DNA from: an uncultured Planctomycetia bacterium
GTDB taxonomy: Bacteria; Omnitrophota; Gorgyraeia; Duberdicusellales; 4484-171
Assembly: GCA_964536865.1 (NCBI GenBank)
Contig: CAZHYN010000009.1
Location: forward strand, 22,674-54,673
Direction: 5' to 3'
Length of the DNA: 32,000 nt
The position numbers and the translations under genes are program-made. Below the pieces are notes generated by a model, which worked only from the letters and a program-made list of their open reading frames with translations, was not told where the DNA came from and searched no databases. How positions within the stretch are numbered: position 1 is the first letter of the stretch; each line of letters starts with the position of its first letter. Shown here piece by piece: positions 1-7,555 of this stretch.

Positions 1-52
1 CTGCTGTGCATGCACCAAGTTTACCCAAACTGACAACAGATAAAGTTTTCAT
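1..52 (-). CDS. 5' end (17 codons) of a nucleotide-sugar dehydrogenase-like gene; continues beyond the window
   Basis: ATG at 52 (minus), 17 nt after the stop of the upstream epimerase gene. MKTLSVVSLGKLGACTA resembles the Rossmann G-x-G-x-x-G start of UDP-glucose/GDP-mannose dehydrogenase family proteins. Too short to be sure. Confidence 0.3.
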   Translation of the reverse strand, partial: MKTLSVVSLGKLGACTA

Positions 53-69
53 AAAAGCTTCCTTTTTAT

Positions 70-1065
70 TCATTCTTCATTTCTTTTTAGATATTTTAAT
101 TTAACTTGTTCTTCTATCCAAGCATATGTTATCTCAAGTCCCTTTCTCAGAGGAACTAAGGGTTTCCAACCTAATTTTTCATATATTAATCTATTATCAG
201 AATTTCTTCCTCTCACACCCTGAGGGCCTGGAATATGTTTGATTCTAAGTTTTACTCCCGCTATTTCCATTATCATTTCAGCAAGTTGGTTTATTGTAAC
301 CATTTCCTCTGATCCAATATTTACAGGACCGGTAAAATCTGACCTCATTAACCTTAATGTTCCTTCAATACATTCATCTATATAAAGGAAAGATCTTGTT
401 TGTTTTCCATCTCCCCATATTTCAATATAGTCTTCACCTTTAAGTTTAGCTATAGCAACTTTTCTACATATAGCAGCTGGTGCTTTTTCCCTTCCTCCCT
501 GCCAAGTTCCTTCAGGACCAAAAATATTATGATATCTGGCAATTCTTACCTTCATTCCATAATTGCGATGAAAAGCTAAATACAATCTTTCACTGAATAA
601 TTTTTCCCAACCATATTCACTATCTGGATAAGCTGGATAGACAGAGTCTTCTGAACACTTTGGATTATTTGGATCTTCTTGATTATATTTAGGGTACATA
701 CAAGCCGAAGAAGAATAAAAAATTCTTTTTATATTTCTTCTATAACAAGCTTCCAGCATGTTAAGATTTATTAAAGCAGAATTATGCATTATGTCGGCGT
801 CATTATCTCCAGTAAATACAAAACCTGCTCCTCCCATATCTGCTGCTAATTGATAGACTTCATCAAATTTTATATCTGTAACATATCTACATACATAAGG
901 ATCTCTCAAATCTCCAATAATGAAATCATCAGCTGCTGTTTCTGAAAATTCTGGATACTTTAAATCTACACCTCTTACCCAAAAACCTTCTTTCTTTAGT
1001 CTTTTAACAAGATGACTACCAATAAATCCTCCCGCCCCACATACAAGTGCTTTTTTTTGTAGCAT
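70..1065 (-). CDS. gme: GDP-mannose 3,5-epimerase-like SDR (NAD-dependent epimerase/dehydratase)
   Basis: 331-aa ORF with GAGGFIGSH Rossmann motif. Long blocks match GDP-mannose 3,5-epimerase as I recall it: LAADMGGxGF, SSACxYP, GTWxGGREKAPAAxCRK, WGDGxQTRSFxYIDECxEGxLRL, IPGPxGVRGRNSDNxLI. Confidence 0.8.
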   Translation of the reverse strand: MLQKKALVCGAGGFIGSHLVKRLKKEGFWVRGVDLKYPEFSETAADDFIIGDLRDPYVCRYVTDIKFDEVYQLAADMGGAGFVFTGDNDADIMHNSALINLNMLEACYRRNIKRIFYSSSACMYPKYNQEDPNNPKCSEDSVYPAYPDSEYGWEKLFSERLYLAFHRNYGMKVRIARYHNIFGPEGTWQGGREKAPAAICRKVAIAKLKGEDYIEIWGDGKQTRSFLYIDECIEGTLRLMRSDFTGPVNIGSEEMVTINQLAEMIMEIAGVKLRIKHIPGPQGVRGRNSDNRLIYEKLGWKPLVPLRKGLEITYAWIEEQVKLKYLKRNEE

Positions 1066-1227
1066 CGTTCCTCCTCCTAGTTAAAATTATAATACCATCT
1101 ATTTTATATTTAACCCCCCAGTGATTATCTGTAAAATAGAGGCTAAGAAAGATAAAATTTTATTTCTCCTCTTTTCTAGAACGAAAATAAGTTTTCATAA
1201 TTCATTTATTAATTTAATTACACTTTC

Positions 1228-1641
1228 TTAACTAAAATTACCCTGCCCTACTCCTTTGTACTCTTTGTAAGTTCTCAATCTCTCCCATTCCTGTTTCAAG
1301 TAATTATACTCCGCCTCAGCTCGTTTTAAGAAATAGTAGGTTAAACGAACTTTTTCTTTAAAACCCTTAGGAGTTAATATATAGCTTATCTTCTTAATCT
1401 TACCAGGACGATGGGAGAAATTTTTTGCCTTTATTAACCCTTTTTTTATAAGTTTCCGCAGAAGGTAATTGGTTTTGCCTAAGGAAATATTCAATTTTGA
1501 GGAAAGTTGGCGTTGAGTAACATCAGGGGATTTAGAAAGCTCAGAAAGAAGATAGAATACCTCTTCTTTTAGCTGATCTTTAGAATTCAGATTTAGAAGC
1601 CTTTTTCCCTCTATACCTGGTTTACAAATTTCTTGCTGCAT
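1228..1641 (-). CDS. Winged-helix (MarR-like, EPS-locus-associated type) transcriptional regulator, copy A
   Basis: 137-aa ORF. VTQRQLSSKLNISLGKTNYLLRKLIKKGLI is an HTH/wing pattern, followed by a C-terminal coiled-coil-like tail. The first 122 aa are identical to the ORF at 13615..14013. Confidence 0.6.
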   Translation of the reverse strand: MQQEICKPGIEGKRLLNLNSKDQLKEEVFYLLSELSKSPDVTQRQLSSKLNISLGKTNYLLRKLIKKGLIKAKNFSHRPGKIKKISYILTPKGFKEKVRLTYYFLKRAEAEYNYLKQEWERLRTYKEYKGVGQGNFS

Positions 1642-1772
1642 AAATACTACAAATTGTGTTCATATGATGAACAATATTCTATTACTACACAATAAATCTG
1701 TCAATATAGTAAAGAATGGCATAGTTTATCTACACCCTTACATACCTGGCGGGTGTGATTAGTTAAGCAAGT
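1277..1772. repeat. 496-bp direct repeat, copy A (matches 13649..14144)
   Basis: Base-by-base reading shows no mismatch with 13649..14144. Covers most of the regulator gene, its promoter and the GC-rich upstream palindrome. Confidence 0.9.
1657..1704 (-). promoter_or_regulatory. Sigma70-like promoter of the regulator gene plus a 17-bp palindromic candidate operator
   Basis: Minus strand: TTGACA (1704..1699), 17-nt spacer, TAGAAT (1681..1676). Palindrome TGTTCAT-ATG-ATGAACA at 1657..1673 sits over the predicted transcription start, 16 nt upstream of the ATG. Confidence 0.5.
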
Positions 1773-1778
1773 CTACAC
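1741..1778. repeat. GC-rich palindromic upstream motif, copy 1 of 3
   Basis: CATACCTGGCGGGTGTGATTAGTTAAGCAAGTCTACAC. Related copies at 9941..9978 and 14113..14144. Lies 36 nt upstream of the -35 box. Confidence 0.7.
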
Positions 1779-1947
1779 ATTTTTGGTGCACCAGTGACAA
1801 GAGCACCAGTGCACCAGTTTTATTGTAGCAATCTTCCAATAACAGGTTTCGCTTTCTTTCTGTTTTTGGCTTTAATAGCAATTGTAAGTTGACAAAACAA
1901 GTATTGCTTGATCTGTAAACTTACATACAAGAAGACTCTGGAGAAGT

Positions 1948-3282
1948 TTAAAATTCAAAATCCTCAAGGTCATATACTAAAAATCCTTTTTTTCTTAATA
2001 TTTCTTTATTCTCTATTCTTTTTGCTATCAGGCCCCAAAACTTCTTTTTGAAATTTTTCTTTATAACTTCTGTCTTTTCTTTTAACTTTACCAAAATATT
2101 TTCCGCCTCTTTATTTTTTAATTCTTTCCATTTACATTCAAAAAAACCTATTTTATTTTTACCTGTTGTAACTATATCAATCTCATAAGAAGTCCCTTTC
2201 TCTTTTCCCCATTGTTTACCGATTTTTATAAATTCAAAAGGTAAGTATTTTCTTTTCTCGATAAGAAACTCCATAGATATTTTCTCAAAGACATACCCTA
2301 AATATTGATTGTATTCTTTTTTTATCTCTCCAGCAGAAAAAATTCCCTCTTCAATAAAGGTAAGATTGGGATAAATAAATCTGAACCAGAAACTTAAAAA
2401 GTTATCTTTAAGATAATATCTTCCTTTTCTTGACTTTGTTGATCCTAATATAGGAATTCTTTTTTCTATAAATTCAGTCTCTATTAAGTTTTTCAGATAA
2501 GGAGTAATATCAGCACCTTTTAGTCCTATATAATTTTTGATTTCTCCTAATTTAGTATTTCCTAAAGCAATTGCCTCCAGTATTTTTTTATAGGTGCTTG
2601 TATCTTTAAACTCATATTTCATAAGAAAATCTATCTCTGTTTTTAGAAATGTATCTATTTTTTTTATTTCTTTATCCAGCCACCTCCAGAAAGGATATTC
2701 TATTTTGTCTAAATAAAAAGGGATACCGTCGCTGAATCCATAGATTTCTATCAGTTCTTCCTTAGAGGCCTGGGGAAAGAAATCTTTTATCTGAAAAATT
2801 TTTAATGGTTTTAGTTTTATTTCCCCTGTTTTTCTTCCAAATAAAGGAGCCTGATAACTTAAGACTTTACTTTCCATTAAAGATATAGATGAACCTAAAA
2901 GAATAAGTTTTGTGTGGGAATCTTTTAATATAGTATCAACTATTCTTTGAAAAAGAGAGACTATTTTGGGATTCTCTTTTATTAAATTAGGAAACTCATC
3001 TATGATAATTATTTTATTTTTCAAGAAATTAAATAAAGCCTCCCAATCTGATTGAACATATTTTAGCTGAGGGAAATTTTTTGAGGCTACTGCTTTAAAT
3101 TTTCTTAAATTATTTTCTTCTGTGGCTAAGTAGTAAATGAAATTTTTATTACGGACACTTTCTAAAGAAAGAGCGGTTTTTCCTATACGTCTTCTTCCAT
3201 AAATAATATATAATTCAAATTTTTTACTTTTTAGTTTTTCTCTTAAAGCTTCCAGTTCCTTTTCTCTATTTATAAATTTCAT
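1948..3282 (-). CDS. AAA+ ATPase, archaeal-type (Arch_ATPase + DUF234-like, COG1672-like); cassette A1
   Basis: 444-aa ORF. N-terminal FINREKELEAL, Walker A GRRRIGKT, Walker B IIIIDEF. Length and layout are typical of this family. Confidence 0.75.
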   Translation of the reverse strand: MKFINREKELEALREKLKSKKFELYIIYGRRRIGKTALSLESVRNKNFIYYLATEENNLRKFKAVASKNFPQLKYVQSDWEALFNFLKNKIIIIDEFPNLIKENPKIVSLFQRIVDTILKDSHTKLILLGSSISLMESKVLSYQAPLFGRKTGEIKLKPLKIFQIKDFFPQASKEELIEIYGFSDGIPFYLDKIEYPFWRWLDKEIKKIDTFLKTEIDFLMKYEFKDTSTYKKILEAIALGNTKLGEIKNYIGLKGADITPYLKNLIETEFIEKRIPILGSTKSRKGRYYLKDNFLSFWFRFIYPNLTFIEEGIFSAGEIKKEYNQYLGYVFEKISMEFLIEKRKYLPFEFIKIGKQWGKEKGTSYEIDIVTTGKNKIGFFECKWKELKNKEAENILVKLKEKTEVIKKNFKKKFWGLIAKRIENKEILRKKGFLVYDLEDFEF

Positions 3283-3304
3283 AATTTAGATTATCCTAAT
3301 TTAG

Positions 3305-3332
3305 ATTATATAAATTATAAAAAGGTTGTCAA
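3305..3332 (-). promoter_or_regulatory. Near-consensus sigma70 promoter of ATPase A1
   Basis: Minus strand: TTGACA (3332..3327), 16-nt spacer, TATAAT (3310..3305). AGGA ribosome-binding site about 8 nt before ATG 3282. The leader carries a direct repeat of AATTTAGATTA x2. Confidence 0.5.
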
Positions 3333-3396
3333 GGCTCTCTCCTTTATATAAAACTATTTTATCCCTGTACAAAAAACAATCTTTTTTACACAACTT

Positions 3397-3764
3397 TCAG
3401 AAAGAGATTTAAACATTCTCAAATTCTTAAGAATATTGGAATAGTTTTTGTTAATCATTATCACTTTATCCAGCAAAATCCTACTTTTTCATAAAACTGG
3501 AGTTATGCAAAAGATTCCTGGGAATTCTTAAGACAATTCTTCCATCAGGTAACTGATAAAAAACTCTTTCTCCAACACAAAAAACATTGGGCAAACCTAA
3601 TTTTCTGTTTTCTGCTTGCGCTTTTCTTACAGCTTTGGTAAATATTGTAAGTATTTCTATCATCTCTTGATAAATAGTTTTAGGCTTCTGCCTTTTTTTT
3701 CATCCCTTCTCCTTTTTCCTGGCAATATAGATAAAAATCTTTTAAAATTTTCCTCATCTATTAT
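3397..3764. repeat. 368-bp direct repeat, copy A' (matches 14200..14566 apart from one 1-nt indel)
   Basis: Read by eye. The only difference seen is GGAATAGTTTTTG versus GGAATATTTTTG. Covers the 60-aa ORF and the 3' part of the upstream Phd-like ORF. Confidence 0.9.
3481..3663 (-). CDS. 60-aa conserved small protein (possible toxin-antitoxin component), copy A
   Basis: Identical to 14283..14465. In copy B its ATG overlaps the stop of the upstream ORF (ATGA). No family recognised. Confidence 0.45.
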   Translation of the reverse strand: MIEILTIFTKAVRKAQAENRKLGLPNVFCVGERVFYQLPDGRIVLRIPRNLLHNSSFMKK

Positions 3765-3821
3765 AGTATAATCTTCCTTTTCTCCACATGCTACTAAAAA
3801 TGGGTATAATAAATAATTCAC
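3660..3821 (-). pseudogene. 5'-truncated copy of the Phd/YefM-like ORF seen intact at 14462..14704
   Basis: The frame reads (V)NYLLYPFLVACGEKEDYTIIDEENFKRFLSILPGKRRRDEKKGRSLKLFIKR. It opens just after a TGA and lacks about 27 N-terminal residues present in copy B. Confidence 0.45.
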
Positions 3822-3863
3822 TCTTCATCTTGAACAACTCAACATTTATTCCTGCACCCTCCT

Positions 3864-5063
3864 TCAATAAAGAAAACCAAAAAGCCATAAGGGAATCCTG
3901 TTTTTAAATCCCACAATTATATCATCTACTGCTAAAAAAGTATCTTGAGAGCCTTTAAACTTTTTCTCTTTACCTCCAACTTCAAATGATATTCCTTTAC
4001 TATCTACAAAATCTACTTTATCAGAATAATATAGTTTTTTCAAAACTCCTACCTGATTAAGAAAGAATGTCTCTCTAATGTTTCCCTTCTCTATACTAAA
4101 ACCTTTCTCTTGTTCAATAAGGTAAAAAAGATTACTGTTTTCTAAATATATCTTTTGAGGTTTACGCAATAAACTAAATCCTTTTGCTTTTGAATAGAGT
4201 AAAATAAATAAACCTGCTTTTTGAAGTTCCTCAATATAAGTATAAATGTATTCCTTGGAAATTCCTAACTGTGAACTTATCTTAGAAATGTTAGGAATAA
4301 AAGGTTGAGAGGTGGCTACTAAGTAAAAAAGTTTTTTTAAATTATAGATTGTGAAGTGTTTAATATTAAAAAGCGAGGGTATATCTTCGTAGAATATTTT
4401 TTCTATTACATTACCTAATTTATTATAGAAGGATTCAATCCCTTCCTTAAAAAAGGGATAATAACCATATTTTAGATATTCCCTAAAGTATTTTAGAACA
4501 GGAAGTTGTGAACTGACCTCATCTGCCAATTTTATATGTTCTTTGGGCAGTTCCTTAAAATTAATGGACTTGAATTGCTTCTTTAGACGCAAAACTAAAT
4601 ATTCTCTGAAAGAAAGCCCCCTTAAATTATAAAAAACTGCTCTACGAGAAAGGTCTCCTTTTCCTTTTAAAATACCTATACTTGAACTCCCTGAAAATAT
4701 TATCTTTTTTTTAGGAAATGAATCATAAATATTCTTTAATTCTATTTGCCAATCAGGATATTTGTGGATTTCATCTATAAGAAGACCTTTTCCTCCAAAT
4801 TTGAAAAACTCCTCGGCTATATTATATAATCCTCTATTTATCACGTTTATATTATCTGCGGAAAGGTATAGACAATCCTGAGGAGTTCTAAAATTATGCA
4901 GATAATACTGTAAAAGTAAAGTAGTTTTACCTACTCCCCTTGCTCCTACAATCCCTATAAGACGATTACCCCAATTTATTTTTTCAAAAAGGTATCTTCT
5001 ATAAAAGAATTTTTCTACCTCCTTAATAAGTGACAACTGAATTTCTATAAATTTCTCTATCAT
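3864..5063 (-). CDS. AAA+ ATPase (AAA_14-like subfamily 2); cassette A2
   Basis: 399-aa ORF. Walker A GARGVGKTT, Walker B LLIDEIH, GSSS...DLSRRA...LSFREYL block, C-terminal IPLWLFGFLY. Paralogue of 12210..13403. Confidence 0.75.
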   Translation of the reverse strand: MIEKFIEIQLSLIKEVEKFFYRRYLFEKINWGNRLIGIVGARGVGKTTLLLQYYLHNFRTPQDCLYLSADNINVINRGLYNIAEEFFKFGGKGLLIDEIHKYPDWQIELKNIYDSFPKKKIIFSGSSSIGILKGKGDLSRRAVFYNLRGLSFREYLVLRLKKQFKSINFKELPKEHIKLADEVSSQLPVLKYFREYLKYGYYPFFKEGIESFYNKLGNVIEKIFYEDIPSLFNIKHFTIYNLKKLFYLVATSQPFIPNISKISSQLGISKEYIYTYIEELQKAGLFILLYSKAKGFSLLRKPQKIYLENSNLFYLIEQEKGFSIEKGNIRETFFLNQVGVLKKLYYSDKVDFVDSKGISFEVGGKEKKFKGSQDTFLAVDDIIVGFKNRIPLWLFGFLY

Positions 5064-5086
5064 AAGATTCCTTATATGTAAAGTAT

Positions 5087-5115
5087 AGTTTACTATTTTT
5101 GATAAAATCCGTCAA
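5087..5115 (-). promoter_or_regulatory. Sigma70-like promoter of ATPase A2
   Basis: Minus strand: TTGACG (5115..5110), 17-nt spacer, TAAACT (5092..5087). AAGGA ribosome-binding site before ATG 5063. Confidence 0.4.
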
Positions 5116-5425
5116 CTACAATTTACTCTCATATACTCTGGCTATCTCTTTTAGTTCTATCACTCCAGTTACTATCTACAGCGATAATCTCTGTTTTATC
5201 TTGAGGATAGATTAAATCTCATTAAGCAGTTTTCTATGTTTTTCTTCATCTCTGAAAACCTACCTCTTGTCAATAAAAACTTCTTTATTTTGTTTTTCTA
5301 CTTTATTTTATATTCTTTTAATGGTATTTAAGCCATTTATCTCTTCATTTCACTAAGGAGACAATTTTGTCCCTTTATTAAAACAGTTATTTCAACTCCT
5401 GGAGTTGTGTCTTCACATTTGGCAT

Positions 5426-5653
5426 TCATCTACTTATCAGATAATACCCTGCTCCACCAGTAACAAGAACAGTTGGAGGTTGGAAGTTGGAGGTTTGATG
5501 TTTGAGGTTGGATGATTGACGTTTGATGATTTGGGTTGATAAAACAAAATCTTCTGATTTAGGAAATTTCTTAGAAAGGTTGTAAATCTCCTTAACTAGA
5601 TTATTGGCTAACTTATATACTTCTAAATTTTCAAAATTATATTTTTGATACAT
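5426..5653 (-). pseudogene. Truncated four-helix-bundle (23S rRNA intervening-sequence protein family) gene, fused to heptamer repeats and to a fossil SDR N-terminus
   Basis: MYQKYNFENLEVYKLANNLVKEIYNLSKKFPKSEDFVLSTQI matches the N-terminal half of this family. The frame then runs into heptamer-repeat DNA and ends in TVLVTGGAGYYLISR, a decayed Rossmann start. The ATG at 5671 in the ORF track lies inside the repeat array, so 5653 is the more likely start. Confidence 0.6.
5472..5540. repeat. Heptanucleotide tandem array (about 10 units, GTTGGAG/GTTTGAT type)
   Basis: GTTGGAG GTTGGAA GTTGGAG GTTTGAT GTTTGAG GTTGGAT GATTGAC GTTTGAT GATTTGG GTTGAT, read directly. Confidence 0.85.
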
Positions 5654-5656
5654 AAT

Positions 5657-5705
5657 TCTAACATCTAACATCTAACATCCAACATCCAACATCTAACATC
5701 TAATC
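5657..5705. repeat. Heptanucleotide tandem array (7 units, TCTAACA/TCCAACA), inverted relative to 5472..5540
   Basis: TCTAACA x3, TCCAACA x2, TCTAACA, TCTAATC. The reverse complement TGTTAGA/TGTTGGA matches the unit of the other array. Confidence 0.85.
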
Positions 5706-5803
5706 AGCCCTAAATATTCCTGCTTCCCCTATCTTTTCCACTTTTGCGCAAAACTGGAATTCTTTCTGCCATTTCTGCCTCTTTCCTACCTACTACCTCC
5801 TGT

Positions 5804-7120
5804 CTACTGCCTACTATCTACTGTCCGCAGTAGCCATTTCCACAAAGGAATGAATTTTATTTTTATCTTGTTAATATTCAATTCTTCTTCATAATCCCAG
5901 GTAATTATTGACAAATTTTTACATTTTAATAAAGAGCTTGCTTTTTTTAAAAAATCTATTTCTTTTTTCTCCATCTCCTCTATTGTATTTATAAAACTAA
6001 CTTGAATTAAATTTTTAATTTCAGAACCTTCCTTTATCAAAAAATCTATCTCCCTTTGCTGATGGTCTTTGTAATAGTAAATTTCCCAATTATTTTGCCA
6101 GTAACTCTTTCTTCTTAAAAGCTCTACAGCTACCAGATTCTCCATAAGTTTTCCTATATTTTCAGAAATTTTAAAAGAAATAACATCTGCCATTGCTGTA
6201 TCAATACAATAAATCTTTTTGGGAGCAATTTCCTGCTGTTTCAGTTTTGGGGAGTATCTTTCGAGAACAAAGAGTAAATAGGAATCTTCTAAAGCCCCCA
6301 ACCAATTCTTTAAAGTATGCACATCTTTTATCTCAAATATATGAGAAAGTTTTCTCATCGTAAATTCAGAAGAAATGTTTGAAATCAGGTATCTGGCAAC
6401 TCTTTTAAAAGTTTCTTTTCTTTTAATTTTATATCTTTTTAAAATATCTTTTTCAATTATATCGGCATAAATTCGAGAAAGTATTTCTCTACCTAATATA
6501 TAAACTTCAGGAAAACCTCCAATTTTTATATACTCTTCTAAAAAACTTTTTATCTGGGCTATCTCAGAAACAGAATAAAAAGTATCTTTTTCAATTTTAA
6601 ATCCTTTATAATCTAAAAACTCTCGGAAACTAAAAGGAAATAGATTAAAATCAATGTATCTTCCTGTTAGATGTGTAGAAAGTTCTCCAGAAAGTAATTT
6701 AGAATTACTCCCTGTAATTATCAGGCTTTTAGTTCTTCTTAATCTATTTACAAATAACTCCCATTTTTCAACATTCTGGGGCTCATCTAAAATCATTCTT
6801 TCTATTTTTCCATAAAGCTCATAGAATGCCTGTAAAATTTTATCTAAATCTTCTGTTTTTATATCTGCTAATCTTTCATCGTCAAAATTAATATAGGCAA
6901 AAGCTTTATCTGATAAAGAAGAAAAAATCTGCCAAGAAAAGATAGACTTGCCACATCTTCTTACACCTAAGATTGCCAGAATATTAGGGTGGAAAAGAAA
7001 TTTTTTTAATCTATTCTTTTCTGGTTCTCGCTCTATAATTTTGCTCTTTTTAAATTTCTCCTCTATCTCTTCTTTTTGAGAAATAATCACTTTTTTAAGT
7101 ATTTCTACATTCATAACCAC
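5804..7120 (-). CDS. AAA+ ATPase (AAA_14 + DUF4143-like, COG1373-like); cassette A3
   Basis: 438-aa ORF. Walker A GVRRCGKS, Walker B ILDEPQ, ITGSNSKLL...LTGR...PFSFREFL, C-terminal KFIPLWKWLL. Paralogue of 8554..9828. The last few codons run into CTACTNN heptamer-like repeats (5790-5825). Confidence 0.8.
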   Translation of the reverse strand: MVMNVEILKKVIISQKEEIEEKFKKSKIIEREPEKNRLKKFLFHPNILAILGVRRCGKSIFSWQIFSSLSDKAFAYINFDDERLADIKTEDLDKILQAFYELYGKIERMILDEPQNVEKWELFVNRLRRTKSLIITGSNSKLLSGELSTHLTGRYIDFNLFPFSFREFLDYKGFKIEKDTFYSVSEIAQIKSFLEEYIKIGGFPEVYILGREILSRIYADIIEKDILKRYKIKRKETFKRVARYLISNISSEFTMRKLSHIFEIKDVHTLKNWLGALEDSYLLFVLERYSPKLKQQEIAPKKIYCIDTAMADVISFKISENIGKLMENLVAVELLRRKSYWQNNWEIYYYKDHQQREIDFLIKEGSEIKNLIQVSFINTIEEMEKKEIDFLKKASSLLKCKNLSIITWDYEEELNINKIKIKFIPLWKWLLRTVDSRQ

Positions 7121-7152
7121 ATATTTTTTATAAAAGTTTGCAGTTTCAATTT

Positions 7153-7181
7153 ATTATACCTTCATAATTTTACCTCTACAA
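7153..7181 (-). promoter_or_regulatory. Sigma70-like promoter of ATPase A3
   Basis: Minus strand: TTGTAG (7181..7176), 17-nt spacer, TATAAT (7158..7153). Confidence 0.35.
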
Positions 7182-7267
7182 GTAATTTTTGTCCCAAATT
7201 ATTACGATTATCATAACCTTATCTTCTTCGCCTCCCTGAGGCAGATGGTTTCTCAATCTTCTATTCC

Positions 7268-7445
7268 CTACCTTCCTAATTTCTTCTTACACTCCCCTTT
7301 CAGCAGCCATTTCCATAAAGGAATGAATTTTATTTTTTTACCTTTAAATTTATCTTCTGCTTCGTAATCCCAGGTTATTTTAATAAGTTGTCACTATTAA
7401 GTTCTTTACTGGCTTTAATGAAGAGGTGATTTCTCTTTCCTTAAT
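7268..7445 (-). pseudogene. 3' fossil of a further COG1373-like ATPase gene
   Basis: 7301-7376 is nearly identical at DNA level to the 3' end of 8554..9828. It encodes ITWDYEAEDKFKGKKIKFIPLWKWLLKGECKKKLGR-stop. The upstream part (REITSSLKPVKNLIVTTY-stop) is out of frame and stopped. Confidence 0.65.
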
Positions 7446-7470
7446 GGATATTTGCCTTAATGGATATTTG
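7439..7470. repeat. Perfect 16-bp tandem duplication (CCTTAATGGATATTTG x2)
   Basis: Read directly, at the upstream edge of the ATPase fossil. Confidence 0.9.
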
Positions 7471-7555
7471 GAGACAAAACTTCCAAAAGGAGATCTCGCT
7501 TCCGCTCTAAATGTTCTCCTGCATTGAAGAGATAGCCCTTCACTTTCCAAGAGTC

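Noticed and set aside
1789-1826. GC-rich hairpin/direct repeat (GGTGCAC...GTGCACC, GCACCAGTG x2) as the terminator of ATPase A1.
   Set aside because: The T-run follows the hairpin only on the plus strand (GTTTTATTG). On the minus strand, where A1 is transcribed, it is followed by AAAAA. The stem is short (7 bp) and the loop long. It is noted only as a repeat of unknown role.
5426-5671. Four-helix-bundle protein as Avd of a diversity-generating retroelement.
   Set aside because: Avd belongs to the same fold family. However, the window has no reverse transcriptase and no template/variable repeat pair, and the gene itself is truncated.
5472-5705. Heptamer arrays, and the hairpin cluster at 31660-31817, as CRISPR arrays.
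   Set aside because: The units are 7 nt or 15 nt with no unique spacers of 25-40 nt, there are no repeats of 24-40 nt, and no cas genes are present. These are microsatellite-like and REP-like repeats.
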